IMG/VR virus record: IMGVR_UViG_3300035670_000025
Direction: 5' to 3' (one strand)
DNA length: 64,000 bases
Origin: a virus
Positions 19,971 through 28,681 of this stretch are shown here, piece after piece. Made by a program: the position numbers and the translations under genes. Below the pieces are notes generated by a model, which was not told the DNA's origin, searched no databases, and saw nothing but the letters and a program-made list of their open reading frames with translations. Numbering within the stretch: position 1 is the first letter of the stretch; every line of letters begins with the position of its first letter.

Positions 19971-20978
19971 ATGTCATTAATGAAAAAACTAATGAGCAAT
20001 TCAAAGATAAAGAAAACATCAATCCTCACCGAAAGTGAAGTTTTCACAGATAAGGATGTAATTCAAACAGATGTTCCAATGATCAATGTTGCATTGTCGG
20101 GTAAACTTGACGGTGGATTATCTCCAGGTCTACTAGTAATTGCAGCAGAAAGCAAACATTTCAAAAGTTCATTTGCTCTAGTATTAGGCAGTGCATTTCA
20201 AAAGAAATATGCTGATGGTATTATTCTGTTTTATGATACAGAATTTGGAATGCCACAACAATATTTCAAACAGTTTGGAATTGATACGGATAGAGTAGTT
20301 CATGTTCCAATTACAGATGTTGAAGAACTAAAACACGATATTGTTAATCAATTAGATAATATTAATCGAGGAGAAAAGGTTTTCATTATCCTTGATTCTC
20401 TCGGCAATCTTGCTTCAAAGAAAGAAGTTGAAGATGCTATGGAAGGAAAAAGTGTTGCTGATATGTCTCGTGCCAAGCAATTCAAATCCTTGTTTAGAAT
20501 GGTTACTCCGCATCTTACACTAAAGGATATTCCTATGGTTGTTATCAATCATGTGTATAAGGAAATCGGAACTATGTTTCCAAAAACTATTCCAGGTGGT
20601 GGAACAGGTGCTTATTATTCAGCAAGTGATATTTGGATCATTGGTAGGCAACAAGAGAAAGAAAAGGGGTCTTCTGAAGTTGCCGGGTTTAACTTTATTA
20701 TCAACATTGAGAAGTCTAGAACAGTGAAAGAGAAATCAAAGATACCAATTACTGTAATGCTAGAATCTGGTATAGAAAAATGGTCAGGATTGTTTGAAGT
20801 TGCTTTGGCAGGAGAATATATTAAAGAAATGTCTTCTGGATGGTTTTCTACAGATGGTGAAAAGAAACGAAGAAGGGCAGACATTGAAAATGACAATGAG
20901 TTCTGGCATAATCTATTACAAGACGATAAGTTCAAAACATTCGTTCAACAAAAGTATTCTTTGGTAAAAGGAGAATAA
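19971..20978 (+). CDS. uvsX: RecA-like recombinase UvsX
   Basis: NVALSG, SKHFKS, FYDTEFG, DSLGNLASKKE, ADMSRAK. Confidence 0.95.
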   Translation: MSLMKKLMSNSKIKKTSILTESEVFTDKDVIQTDVPMINVALSGKLDGGLSPGLLVIAAESKHFKSSFALVLGSAFQKKYADGIILFYDTEFGMPQQYFKQFGIDTDRVVHVPITDVEELKHDIVNQLDNINRGEKVFIILDSLGNLASKKEVEDAMEGKSVADMSRAKQFKSLFRMVTPHLTLKDIPMVVINHVYKEIGTMFPKTIPGGGTGAYYSASDIWIIGRQQEKEKGSSEVAGFNFIINIEKSRTVKEKSKIPITVMLESGIEKWSGLFEVALAGEYIKEMSSGWFSTDGEKKRRRADIENDNEFWHNLLQDDKFKTFVQQKYSLVKGE

Positions 20979-20979
20979 C

Positions 20980-21222
20980 ATGAGTGATATGTATGAAATT
21001 ATCTTCAAAGAAGATGAAATTCAATTAAATCTGACATCATGCAAACAACCTTGGGCATGTTCATGTAAAACAAAAGTAGACGGTGAACCAAAGTGTGGAT
21101 ATAGTCCAGATGAAGCAAAGCAAAGATTTATTCAATATTTCCAAAGAAGAATAAATCATCTGAATACAATATCTACTGCACAGTTTATGAGAGAACTCGG
21201 TTATTATTCATACGAGGAATAA
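20980..21222 (+). CDS. Hypothetical protein
   Basis: ORF with GGAG RBS. Confidence 0.55.
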   Translation: MSDMYEIIFKEDEIQLNLTSCKQPWACSCKTKVDGEPKCGYSPDEAKQRFIQYFQRRINHLNTISTAQFMRELGYYSYEE

Positions 21223-21230
21223 CACAATTC

Positions 21231-22625
21231 ATGGAACAACTAATACTATCGCATCTAATTGAAAACGAAAGTTATGGAAGAAAGGTTCTTCCATTTCTTA
21301 AACTAGAATATTTCCAGTCAGAAACCGATAAGACGGTTTTTGACCTAATCGATTCTTATGCAAAGAAGTATAATCAATTTCCTACAAAAGAAGCTTTGTT
21401 CATTGATTTGGAAAACAAAACAAATCTTAACGAACAGTCTTTCAAAGATGTGAGAGATTTGATTTCAAGACTATCAATCGATAAAACAACAAACCTTGAT
21501 TGGTTGTTAGATAAAACTGAAGAGTTTTGTCAGGAAAAAGCATTATTCAATGCTCTAAGACAATCAATCAAAGTTATGGATAAGGATTCAAAGACACCAA
21601 AGGGAACTATTCCTAAACTATTACAAGATGCTTTGCAGGTATCCTTTGATTCTCATGTTGGACACGATTTCGTTGAAGATGCATCAGATCGATTTGATGT
21701 ATATCATAAAAAAGAAATCAAACTCGATTTTGATATCGAATATCTAAACAAAATTACAGGTGGTGGTGTACCACAAAAAACACTATGTTGTCTTATTGCA
21801 ACAACAGGTGGTGGTAAATCATTAGCAATGTGTCATATGGCATCACATAATTTGATGTGTAATAGGAATGTATTATACATCACACTAGAAATGGCAGAAG
21901 AACGCATTGCCCAACGAATAGATGCGAATCTATTAGATGTTGGCATTCAAGATTTGATGCAACTATCAAAACTTGAATATCAGAAGAAGATGGATAAGAT
22001 TAAGAGAACAACGAAAGGCAAATTGATTATCAAAGAGTATCCAACAGCATCTGCTGGTTCTGCACATTTCAGACATCTTCTAAACGAATTGAAGATTAAG
22101 AAGAATTTTGTTCCTGATGTCATATACATAGATTACTTGAATCTTTGTATATCTTCAAGAATCAAACCGGGTTCTCAAGTGAATACTTATTCATATGTTA
22201 AAGCAGTTGCAGAAGAATTGAGAGGATTGGCAGTAGAGTTCAAGGTTCCAATTTGGACTGCAACACAAGCAAACCGTGGAGCATTTAATGCATCTGATGT
22301 TGGTCTTGAGAATACTTCTGATAGTATTGGATTGCCAATGACGGTTGATTTGATGCTGGCATTAATTGCAACAGAAGAACTTGACGATCTTGGACAGATT
22401 ATGGTAAAACAATTGAAGAATAGATTTGGAGATCCAAATATCAACAAGAGATTTGTTGTTGGGGTTGACAGATCTAAAATGCGATTGTACAATGTAGAAA
22501 ATGCTGCACAGGATGATGTCCTGGATGGTCCAGTATTTGATGGAAGTAAATTTGGTGAGGAGGAAGAAGAGAGAAAGAAACCAAAAAAGAAATTCAACAA
22601 AAATAAATTCAAAGGATTTGTATGA
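21231..22625 (+). CDS. gp41: Replicative helicase gp41
   Basis: TGGGKS, LEMAEERI, IDYLN, TATQANR, QLKNRF. Confidence 0.95.
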   Translation: MEQLILSHLIENESYGRKVLPFLKLEYFQSETDKTVFDLIDSYAKKYNQFPTKEALFIDLENKTNLNEQSFKDVRDLISRLSIDKTTNLDWLLDKTEEFCQEKALFNALRQSIKVMDKDSKTPKGTIPKLLQDALQVSFDSHVGHDFVEDASDRFDVYHKKEIKLDFDIEYLNKITGGGVPQKTLCCLIATTGGGKSLAMCHMASHNLMCNRNVLYITLEMAEERIAQRIDANLLDVGIQDLMQLSKLEYQKKMDKIKRTTKGKLIIKEYPTASAGSAHFRHLLNELKIKKNFVPDVIYIDYLNLCISSRIKPGSQVNTYSYVKAVAEELRGLAVEFKVPIWTATQANRGAFNASDVGLENTSDSIGLPMTVDLMLALIATEELDDLGQIMVKQLKNRFGDPNINKRFVVGVDRSKMRLYNVENAAQDDVLDGPVFDGSKFGEEEEERKKPKKKFNKNKFKGFV

Positions 22626-22837
22626 TGGTATCATTTAGTCGTTCTATTAATTCAACCATTATCAGGTTGCAAAATTTGCATTCTGCTCTTGCATTTGTAA
22701 CTGAATCTACAAAGTATGATATTGATATTAGAGATTATATGTGTGAATCTTTAATGAAAGAAATTAAAGATATTGAAAATGAGATTGGGTTAGTTATGTC
22801 TGAAGAAGCATGGGAAAATTATAGAGGGGTGATCTAA
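22622..22837 (+). CDS. Hypothetical protein
   Basis: Coupled to gp41 stop. Confidence 0.5.
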   Translation: MMVSFSRSINSTIIRLQNLHSALAFVTESTKYDIDIRDYMCESLMKEIKDIENEIGLVMSEEAWENYRGVI

Positions 22838-23031
22838 TGAATTATGATATTTCTCGCACAAACAAAATTTTTAATGTAATTGAAAAGCAAACAGGACATT
22901 GTATTAAATCTTTTGAAACTCAAAAGAAAGCATTTGAATATTGTTGTTTTCTTAATGCGGGAGGTGGATTTGATGGATTTACACCAGAATTTTTTATCAA
23001 AAATGTAAAAATTATAAATAGTGAACAATGA
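22837..23031 (+). CDS. Conserved T4-like small protein
   Basis: LNAGGGFDGFTP.F motif. Confidence 0.65.
   Translation: MNYDISRTNKIFNVIEKQTGHCIKSFETQKKAFEYCCFLNAGGGFDGFTPEFFIKNVKIINSEQ
23013..23020 (+). promoter_or_regulatory. T4-type late promoter
   Basis: TATAAATA upstream of structured intergenic region. Confidence 0.6.
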
Positions 23032-23126
23032 GTCGTGTTTATGGTTTTCCATAAGAGGCAAGTGTTTATTTAGTTTAGACGCAAGGAAGTGACGAGACCA
23101 CAGGTGGGGTTCCTCTCGTTCACGAC
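23032..23126 (+). ncRNA. Candidate structured non-coding RNA
   Basis: GTCGTG/CACGAC closing helix with internal hairpins, between late promoter and terminator, no ORF. Confidence 0.45.
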
Positions 23127-23159
23127 ATTTTTGTTTTTAATAGGCATCGTATTGCCGAT

Positions 23160-23196
23160 AAGGGAAGTAGAGGCAACTTTACTTCCCTATTTTTTT
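23160..23196 (+). terminator. Intrinsic terminator
   Basis: AGGGAAGTAGAG-gcaa-CTTTACTTCCCT + T-tract. Confidence 0.8.
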
Positions 23197-23230
23197 ATGC
23201 TATGATCCTTCATCAACAAGGAGATTGACC

Positions 23231-23323
23231 GTGAACATCTTTTATATTTCGACCGATCCAATCATTGCTGCTCAAATGATGGTAGATCGTCATGTAGTAA
23301 AAATAATTTTGTGTAATTTCTAA
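23231..23323 (+). pseudogene. Orphaned 5' fragment of the denV-like gene
   Basis: AGGAG RBS; (V)NIFYISTDPIIAAQMMVDRHVVK then stop; paralogous to start at 23912. Confidence 0.8.
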
Positions 23324-23366
23324 ATTTACTAAATAATAAAACAGAAATTGCACAAAGGAAAATTTT

Positions 23367-23915
23367 ATGACAATTCAAACCCCCCCACCAAGAAAAATGC
23401 CACAGATGGCAAGATCAGGCAAAAATAAGTATGGGAATCCAAAACCAAAAATACAATGCCAAAAATGTAAAGAATATTTGCGTGAAAATAAATTTTCTTT
23501 AATAGACAAAACAGACAGCAAAAAAGGTCGGAGGTCAAATTGCAAATCTTGTTCTGCAAAAAAAGCAAAAATAGAACGAGATAGAAGAAAAAACGATTGG
23601 AAATATAAACCGACCTTATCTATGCTGAATAACTCAAAGCAAAGAGCAAAAAATAGTAATTTGGAACATACTTTAGTTATTGAAGATATAGTTATACCGG
23701 ATTATTGTCCGGTGTTCGGCATTAAGTTAGAAACAGGAAATAGAAAAAATCATATAAACGCACCCAGTATTGATAGAATTGACAACACTAAAGGTTATAT
23801 TAAAGACAATATTTTAATTATGTCAGTAAAAGCAAATATATTAAAAAAAGATGCAACGTTAGATGAATTGATTATGCTTGGAAAATGGGCAGAAAAAATG
23901 AAAGACAAACTATGA
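23367..23915 (+). mobile_element. Free-standing HNH-type homing endonuclease
   Basis: CxxC pairs; CPVFG..PSIDRIDNTKGY..N....S..AN..K. Confidence 0.85.
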
Positions 23916-24448
23916 ATATTTTTTATCTATCACCAAATGCAAAACTATCAGCACAAACGTTGGTCAATAGACATGTTGTTTCTCAAACAAAAGAAACAGC
24001 ACAACTATTATCTACAGCACACAGAGTATTAGATGGTAATATGGTAGTTGTTCCAAATGAAAATGGAAGGAAAATGAAACGGTGGGTATTACGAGATGAT
24101 AGAGAAACCAAGTTATATCTTGCTTCTCACACAAATCATCCAAGTGCAATTTGGTGTAGAGAAACATCTGCTAACTATCAGTGGTTGTATTGGCATTTTG
24201 TTGGATTGTTGGATGAATATACTCACAGATATGGCAAAGTTCACAAATGTGCATCTATGAAAGATGTATTATCGGAGTTGCCAAAGAGCATTAAGTTTGG
24301 TGGATTTAGTGAACCAACTCCTGCTATGGATGAGCAGTATATTGTGAAAGGTAACAGTTTGAAGTCGTATATGAATTATTATAAATATGGTAAAGTGCAT
24401 TTGCACGCATGGACCAACAGATCACCACCGGACTGGATTAAGGAATGA
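23912..24448 (+). CDS. Pyrimidine-dimer DNA glycosylase (DenV-like) family
   Basis: MNIFYL..HVV..E.AQLLSTAHR, H.NHPS..W, EYTHRYGKVH, PAM. Confidence 0.75.
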   Translation: MNIFYLSPNAKLSAQTLVNRHVVSQTKETAQLLSTAHRVLDGNMVVVPNENGRKMKRWVLRDDRETKLYLASHTNHPSAIWCRETSANYQWLYWHFVGLLDEYTHRYGKVHKCASMKDVLSELPKSIKFGGFSEPTPAMDEQYIVKGNSLKSYMNYYKYGKVHLHAWTNRSPPDWIKE

Positions 24449-25479
24449 TGAGATTTAAAACCTTTATAAATGAGTCTTATGGAAGATACTTTCGCAGAGA
24501 AAAAGCAAGAAAAAAAGGAAGCAGAGTAAACAAAACTGTTTCCGATTATTTTGAAATGGCCACGGTTGTGCACACTCACAATTCATTAAGTCATCCAAAT
24601 CAACATCCAGAATATTTAGATCACATTGAAGATTTAAAAACAAAATTGGACACGATCAGAGCAAACAATCCTCATTTAAAAGACAGGTTGGATTCTCAAG
24701 ATTCTTTAGCAAAAAAATCTTCAAAATTATTAATAGATAAATTGTCTGAAAAAAGGTCTAAGGAAAAAGATTTTACTTTACAAGATGTATCTGAAGTAAG
24801 GCATGTAAAAAATGCTAGACATTTATTTAGTTTAATAGGAAGAACCCCTGACAGTTCTTTTAGTGCTAGAAGATATCCACACGATTTAATGTTTAAACTA
24901 AGAACCGGTTCTTTTCATGGAGCATCGTTGAAAGGATCAGAAAAAGATTTTGGAACATACAACAATCTTGGGGCTCGCAGGCATTCATCAGAGGACACGA
25001 CTGGAATAGCATCTCATGCGTATGCTGATTATAATTCTGCAAGAACCAGAGAACTTGGTTCAAACAAGACAAAAGAAAATAAAGAAAGCAAAAGATCTTC
25101 TTATTTAGAAACAAGAAAAGGCATTGTTGATAAAATAACAAAGAATTTCAATGGTGCAAATTCAATAGATCAACAAAGAAAATATCTTCATTCTTTATTA
25201 AAACCAGAATCGGATATACCATATTATACTGTTTTGCCACATAGAAATCAAGGACAGGGTGAAGCAATTCTTCATGGCAGAGGAACAATGAGAAAAAGGA
25301 TCAATTCTGCTACAAGATTGTCTGCTACCCAACATGGAAACGGAGTTATACAATATCATACGCATCATGAAGATGGACGAAAAATACCTCTATTTTATGT
25401 AGAACACCGGTCTACAAAAGGTCCATGGGGTTCATTACAATTTAATGTAAAACTGGGACAATTTAAGAAAGAAGAATAA
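24445..25479 (+). CDS. PD-(D/E)xK-like nuclease candidate with capsid-targeting-like N-terminus
   Basis: MMRFKTFINE; YFEM...PHDLMF...GASLK. Confidence 0.45.
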   Translation: MMRFKTFINESYGRYFRREKARKKGSRVNKTVSDYFEMATVVHTHNSLSHPNQHPEYLDHIEDLKTKLDTIRANNPHLKDRLDSQDSLAKKSSKLLIDKLSEKRSKEKDFTLQDVSEVRHVKNARHLFSLIGRTPDSSFSARRYPHDLMFKLRTGSFHGASLKGSEKDFGTYNNLGARRHSSEDTTGIASHAYADYNSARTRELGSNKTKENKESKRSSYLETRKGIVDKITKNFNGANSIDQQRKYLHSLLKPESDIPYYTVLPHRNQGQGEAILHGRGTMRKRINSATRLSATQHGNGVIQYHTHHEDGRKIPLFYVEHRSTKGPWGSLQFNVKLGQFKKEE

Positions 25480-26186
25480 TGTTACCATTTAAATCATTCA
25501 TTCAATTAGACGAACAACTACTAAAATCCATAATGAAAAAACTGTATGGAGGAAAAAAATTTGTAAGTTGGTTTGATCTGGACGACACACTGGTCAAACA
25601 TGACCCAGAAAAAGGAGCAAAGGTTCATGTAAATGATGAAAAAGGAAACAGAGTGGAAACTCTATCCACCTCTGAATTTAATACTCATGTCAAGGGAGAC
25701 AATCTAAAACCAGGACATAGTTATGACTTCAAAGAATTTAAAGATCCAAAGGTGTTTGCTAACTCTGCACACCCAATCAGAAAAATGATTAACCACGCAC
25801 AAAGATTATTAGATAACGGACATCATGTTCATATCATCACCGCAAGAAGTGATTTAGAAAATCCAGAAATTCTATTGGGATCTTTGAAACAAATGGGATT
25901 GGATACTTCACATCCTAATTTCCATTTACACAGAGCAGGAAATTACGGCAAAAACCCAACACACATTAATAAAGCAAGAATGTTGCATCGCATATTGACA
26001 GAACCAAAGTTTGGTTTATCTGGAGTTAAAAAAATCGTTGGATACGATGACCATAAAGCAAATGTTGATGATATTCACACAACCCCCCTTGAAGAGTTGG
26101 GCGGAAAATCTCTTAGAGATCATCACACAGATAAAGAATTTGTTGGTATACACTTCACCAAAGGAAAAGTTAAGAGAGTATCATAA
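25479..26186 (+). CDS. HAD-superfamily hydrolase with capsid-targeting-like N-terminus
   Basis: FDLDDTL, IITARS, K, YDDHKAN. Confidence 0.75.
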   Translation: MLPFKSFIQLDEQLLKSIMKKLYGGKKFVSWFDLDDTLVKHDPEKGAKVHVNDEKGNRVETLSTSEFNTHVKGDNLKPGHSYDFKEFKDPKVFANSAHPIRKMINHAQRLLDNGHHVHIITARSDLENPEILLGSLKQMGLDTSHPNFHLHRAGNYGKNPTHINKARMLHRILTEPKFGLSGVKKIVGYDDHKANVDDIHTTPLEELGGKSLRDHHTDKEFVGIHFTKGKVKRVS

Positions 26187-27487
26187 TGGCACAATTTAGA
26201 AAAGATACCCACCAATACTTAAATGATGGAAAAACAGTATTTGAAGTAGTAATGCTTGCAGACCAATATGGTAATCTTGTTGGTGCTGCTAATCCAACAG
26301 GAACAACAGTAGATGCTTTTGGTAGAGCAAGAGTATCTACACCATTAACACTATTTGATTCATATCATAGATATGATCCAAATGGTAAATTTGATACTGC
26401 AAATACTGCTGGTGGTACATATACATTTAATGCAAATACTGCTGCATTTTCTATGACTGTAGATACTGCTAATAATGCACAAGTTGTTCGTGAGTCAAAA
26501 AGAGTTTTTGCATATCAACCTGGAAAAAGTTTACAAGTTCTTCAAACATTCGTTATGAATCCTGCACAAGACGGATTGAGACAGAGAACAGGTTATTTTG
26601 ATGATAGAAATGGTATTTTTCTTGAATTAGAAAATTCAACATTATCTTTTGTTAAAAGAAGCAATTCAACTAATACTCCTACTGATAATAAAGCATCACA
26701 GTCAGAATGGAATTATGATAAATTAGACGGCACAGGACCATCTGGGTTGACTTTAGATATTACCAAAGGTCAAATCATGTTTATAGATATTGAATGGTTG
26801 GGTCTTGGATCAGTTAGATGTGGTTTTATCATAAATGGTCAATTAATTCATTGTCATTCATTTCATCATGCTAATATTTCTGATGGACCATATATGACAA
26901 CAGCATGTTTGCCCGTTAGATTTGAAATAAAAAATATTGCAAATACAACAACTTCATCAACATTGAAACAAGTTTGTTCTTCAGTTATTTCTGAAGGTGG
27001 TTATGAATTGAAGGGCAGACCTAGATCAATAGGCACCCCAGCAAATAGCAATTTTAATATGGCAACAGCAGGAATATGGTATCCTATCGTATCTATTAGA
27101 TTAAAATCATCCCAAATTGATTCAATTGTTATTCCAACAAATATATCTTTCTTAGGAGAAGGAAATACCGGAAGAATAAAATTTGGATTAATTTCAGGTG
27201 GCACTTTAGGTGGTAATACTGATTTTACATCTGCTGCTAATGATTCTCCTGTAGAATATAATATGGTAGCAAATACAATAACTGGTGGTGATGTTATTCA
27301 ACAAGGATTTGTGGGAGTAACAAATCAATCATCATCTATTATTCAACTTGGTAAAGATGATTTATTTAAATTTCAATTACGAAGAAATGGTTTGACAAAT
27401 ACCCCTGAGATATTGACTCTTGCTGGCATGGCAGGAACTGCTGGAGATGATGCATCAGGTGCTATAGATTGGGAAGAAATAACTTAA
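26186..27487 (+). CDS. Putative virion structural protein
   Basis: DAFGRARVS, YQPGKS, EWLGLGSVR; beta-rich, late region. Confidence 0.6.
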   Translation: MAQFRKDTHQYLNDGKTVFEVVMLADQYGNLVGAANPTGTTVDAFGRARVSTPLTLFDSYHRYDPNGKFDTANTAGGTYTFNANTAAFSMTVDTANNAQVVRESKRVFAYQPGKSLQVLQTFVMNPAQDGLRQRTGYFDDRNGIFLELENSTLSFVKRSNSTNTPTDNKASQSEWNYDKLDGTGPSGLTLDITKGQIMFIDIEWLGLGSVRCGFIINGQLIHCHSFHHANISDGPYMTTACLPVRFEIKNIANTTTSSTLKQVCSSVISEGGYELKGRPRSIGTPANSNFNMATAGIWYPIVSIRLKSSQIDSIVIPTNISFLGEGNTGRIKFGLISGGTLGGNTDFTSAANDSPVEYNMVANTITGGDVIQQGFVGVTNQSSSIIQLGKDDLFKFQLRRNGLTNTPEILTLAGMAGTAGDDASGAIDWEEIT

Positions 27488-27495
27488 TATAAATA
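27488..27495 (+). promoter_or_regulatory. T4-type late promoter
   Basis: TATAAATA before 27515 ORF. Confidence 0.65.
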
Positions 27496-27514
27496 ATAAA
27501 TAAAAGGCATTTTC

Positions 27515-28681
27515 ATGAAAGATTTAGTTGTAGAAAAGGTTATGTCTATTGCTCAACGCAGAAAAAGAGCACAGCAATTAAGACGCATTGAACCTAAATT
27601 AGTAAGACAAAGAGCAATCAAAAGAAAACGTCTTGCTGATGAAAATGTAATATATGCCAGAGCACAAAAATTGGCAAGAAAAATGTTTCGCATTAAGTTT
27701 GCTGGACAACAAGGTGCTCACTATCAATCACTTTCTCCCACACAAAAAATTCAAATTGATAAACTAATCGATGAAAAAGGCAAAGCAATTAAAAGACTTG
27801 CTATGCGATTGGTTCCTGTAGTTCGTATGGCAGAATATAAAAGATTTCAAGCATTAAAAGGCAAACATGGAGAACCAACAGTTCCACATTTACAAAATGA
27901 AGAAAAGGTACACAATAACAATGGTGACCACGTTGGTGATATTATGAAAATATCAGGGACCCATGCTAAAATACCAACGAGAACCGTAACCAAGTATCGG
28001 GCAGAACGCAAAGCAGACGGCGAAACATTAATCACGACAAACAAGAAAACTGCGATCGATTTTTTAATTAATGAGCAAACAGAACAATTGGATGAAATAT
28101 CCAGATTAGAGCTATTAAGAAGAAAAGCACAATCTGAAAGAAATATTCATAAAAGAAAAAGAGGACAATATTCCAGACAACAAAGATTTGCTTCGCCAGA
28201 AGCAGAAGCAAGAACTGCTTGGAGAAATGTTCGCAAATCAAAAAAACATCTTAAAGGATTTGATGCAGCGGATGCAGATAATTGGACAATTGCCCAAATG
28301 ATTCGTGGTGTTTCCGGAAAATCTGCTAAGAAATCTGTTAGAAGAGGAAGAACAGCAACCGGACCAGAATCAATAACTGGAGCTGATACTCAAGTTGGAT
28401 ATAGAAATAAACTTATGACAGATGAAGTTGAAATCCTTACATTTGCAGAAGTAATCCTTGAAGATGATATGTCCAAATTCAATAAACTAATGGCAGTTGG
28501 TCTTGTAGATAAAAATAAGTATCTACAATATAAAAAAGCAATGTCTGACATTAGAAAGAATTCTAAAATTGCTGCCTATAGAGAAATGATTATGGATGTA
28601 TTAGATGAACTTATGGATGTTGTAACAAAAGATTCTTCCATTTATCAAAGAGTCAAAATGGCAGTTGAGAAAAATGACTGA
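27515..28681 (+). CDS. Basic putative internal head protein
   Basis: Late promoter; K/R-rich; several I/L/V-x-E motifs. Confidence 0.55.
   Translation: MKDLVVEKVMSIAQRRKRAQQLRRIEPKLVRQRAIKRKRLADENVIYARAQKLARKMFRIKFAGQQGAHYQSLSPTQKIQIDKLIDEKGKAIKRLAMRLVPVVRMAEYKRFQALKGKHGEPTVPHLQNEEKVHNNNGDHVGDIMKISGTHAKIPTRTVTKYRAERKADGETLITTNKKTAIDFLINEQTEQLDEISRLELLRRKAQSERNIHKRKRGQYSRQQRFASPEAEARTAWRNVRKSKKHLKGFDAADADNWTIAQMIRGVSGKSAKKSVRRGRTATGPESITGADTQVGYRNKLMTDEVEILTFAEVILEDDMSKFNKLMAVGLVDKNKYLQYKKAMSDIRKNSKIAAYREMIMDVLDELMDVVTKDSSIYQRVKMAVEKND

Noticed and set aside
23300-23915. Group I intron in the denV-like gene (also considered for gp46 and thyX)
   Set aside because: No room for a catalytic core outside the HNH ORFs, and the downstream genes have their own complete starts.
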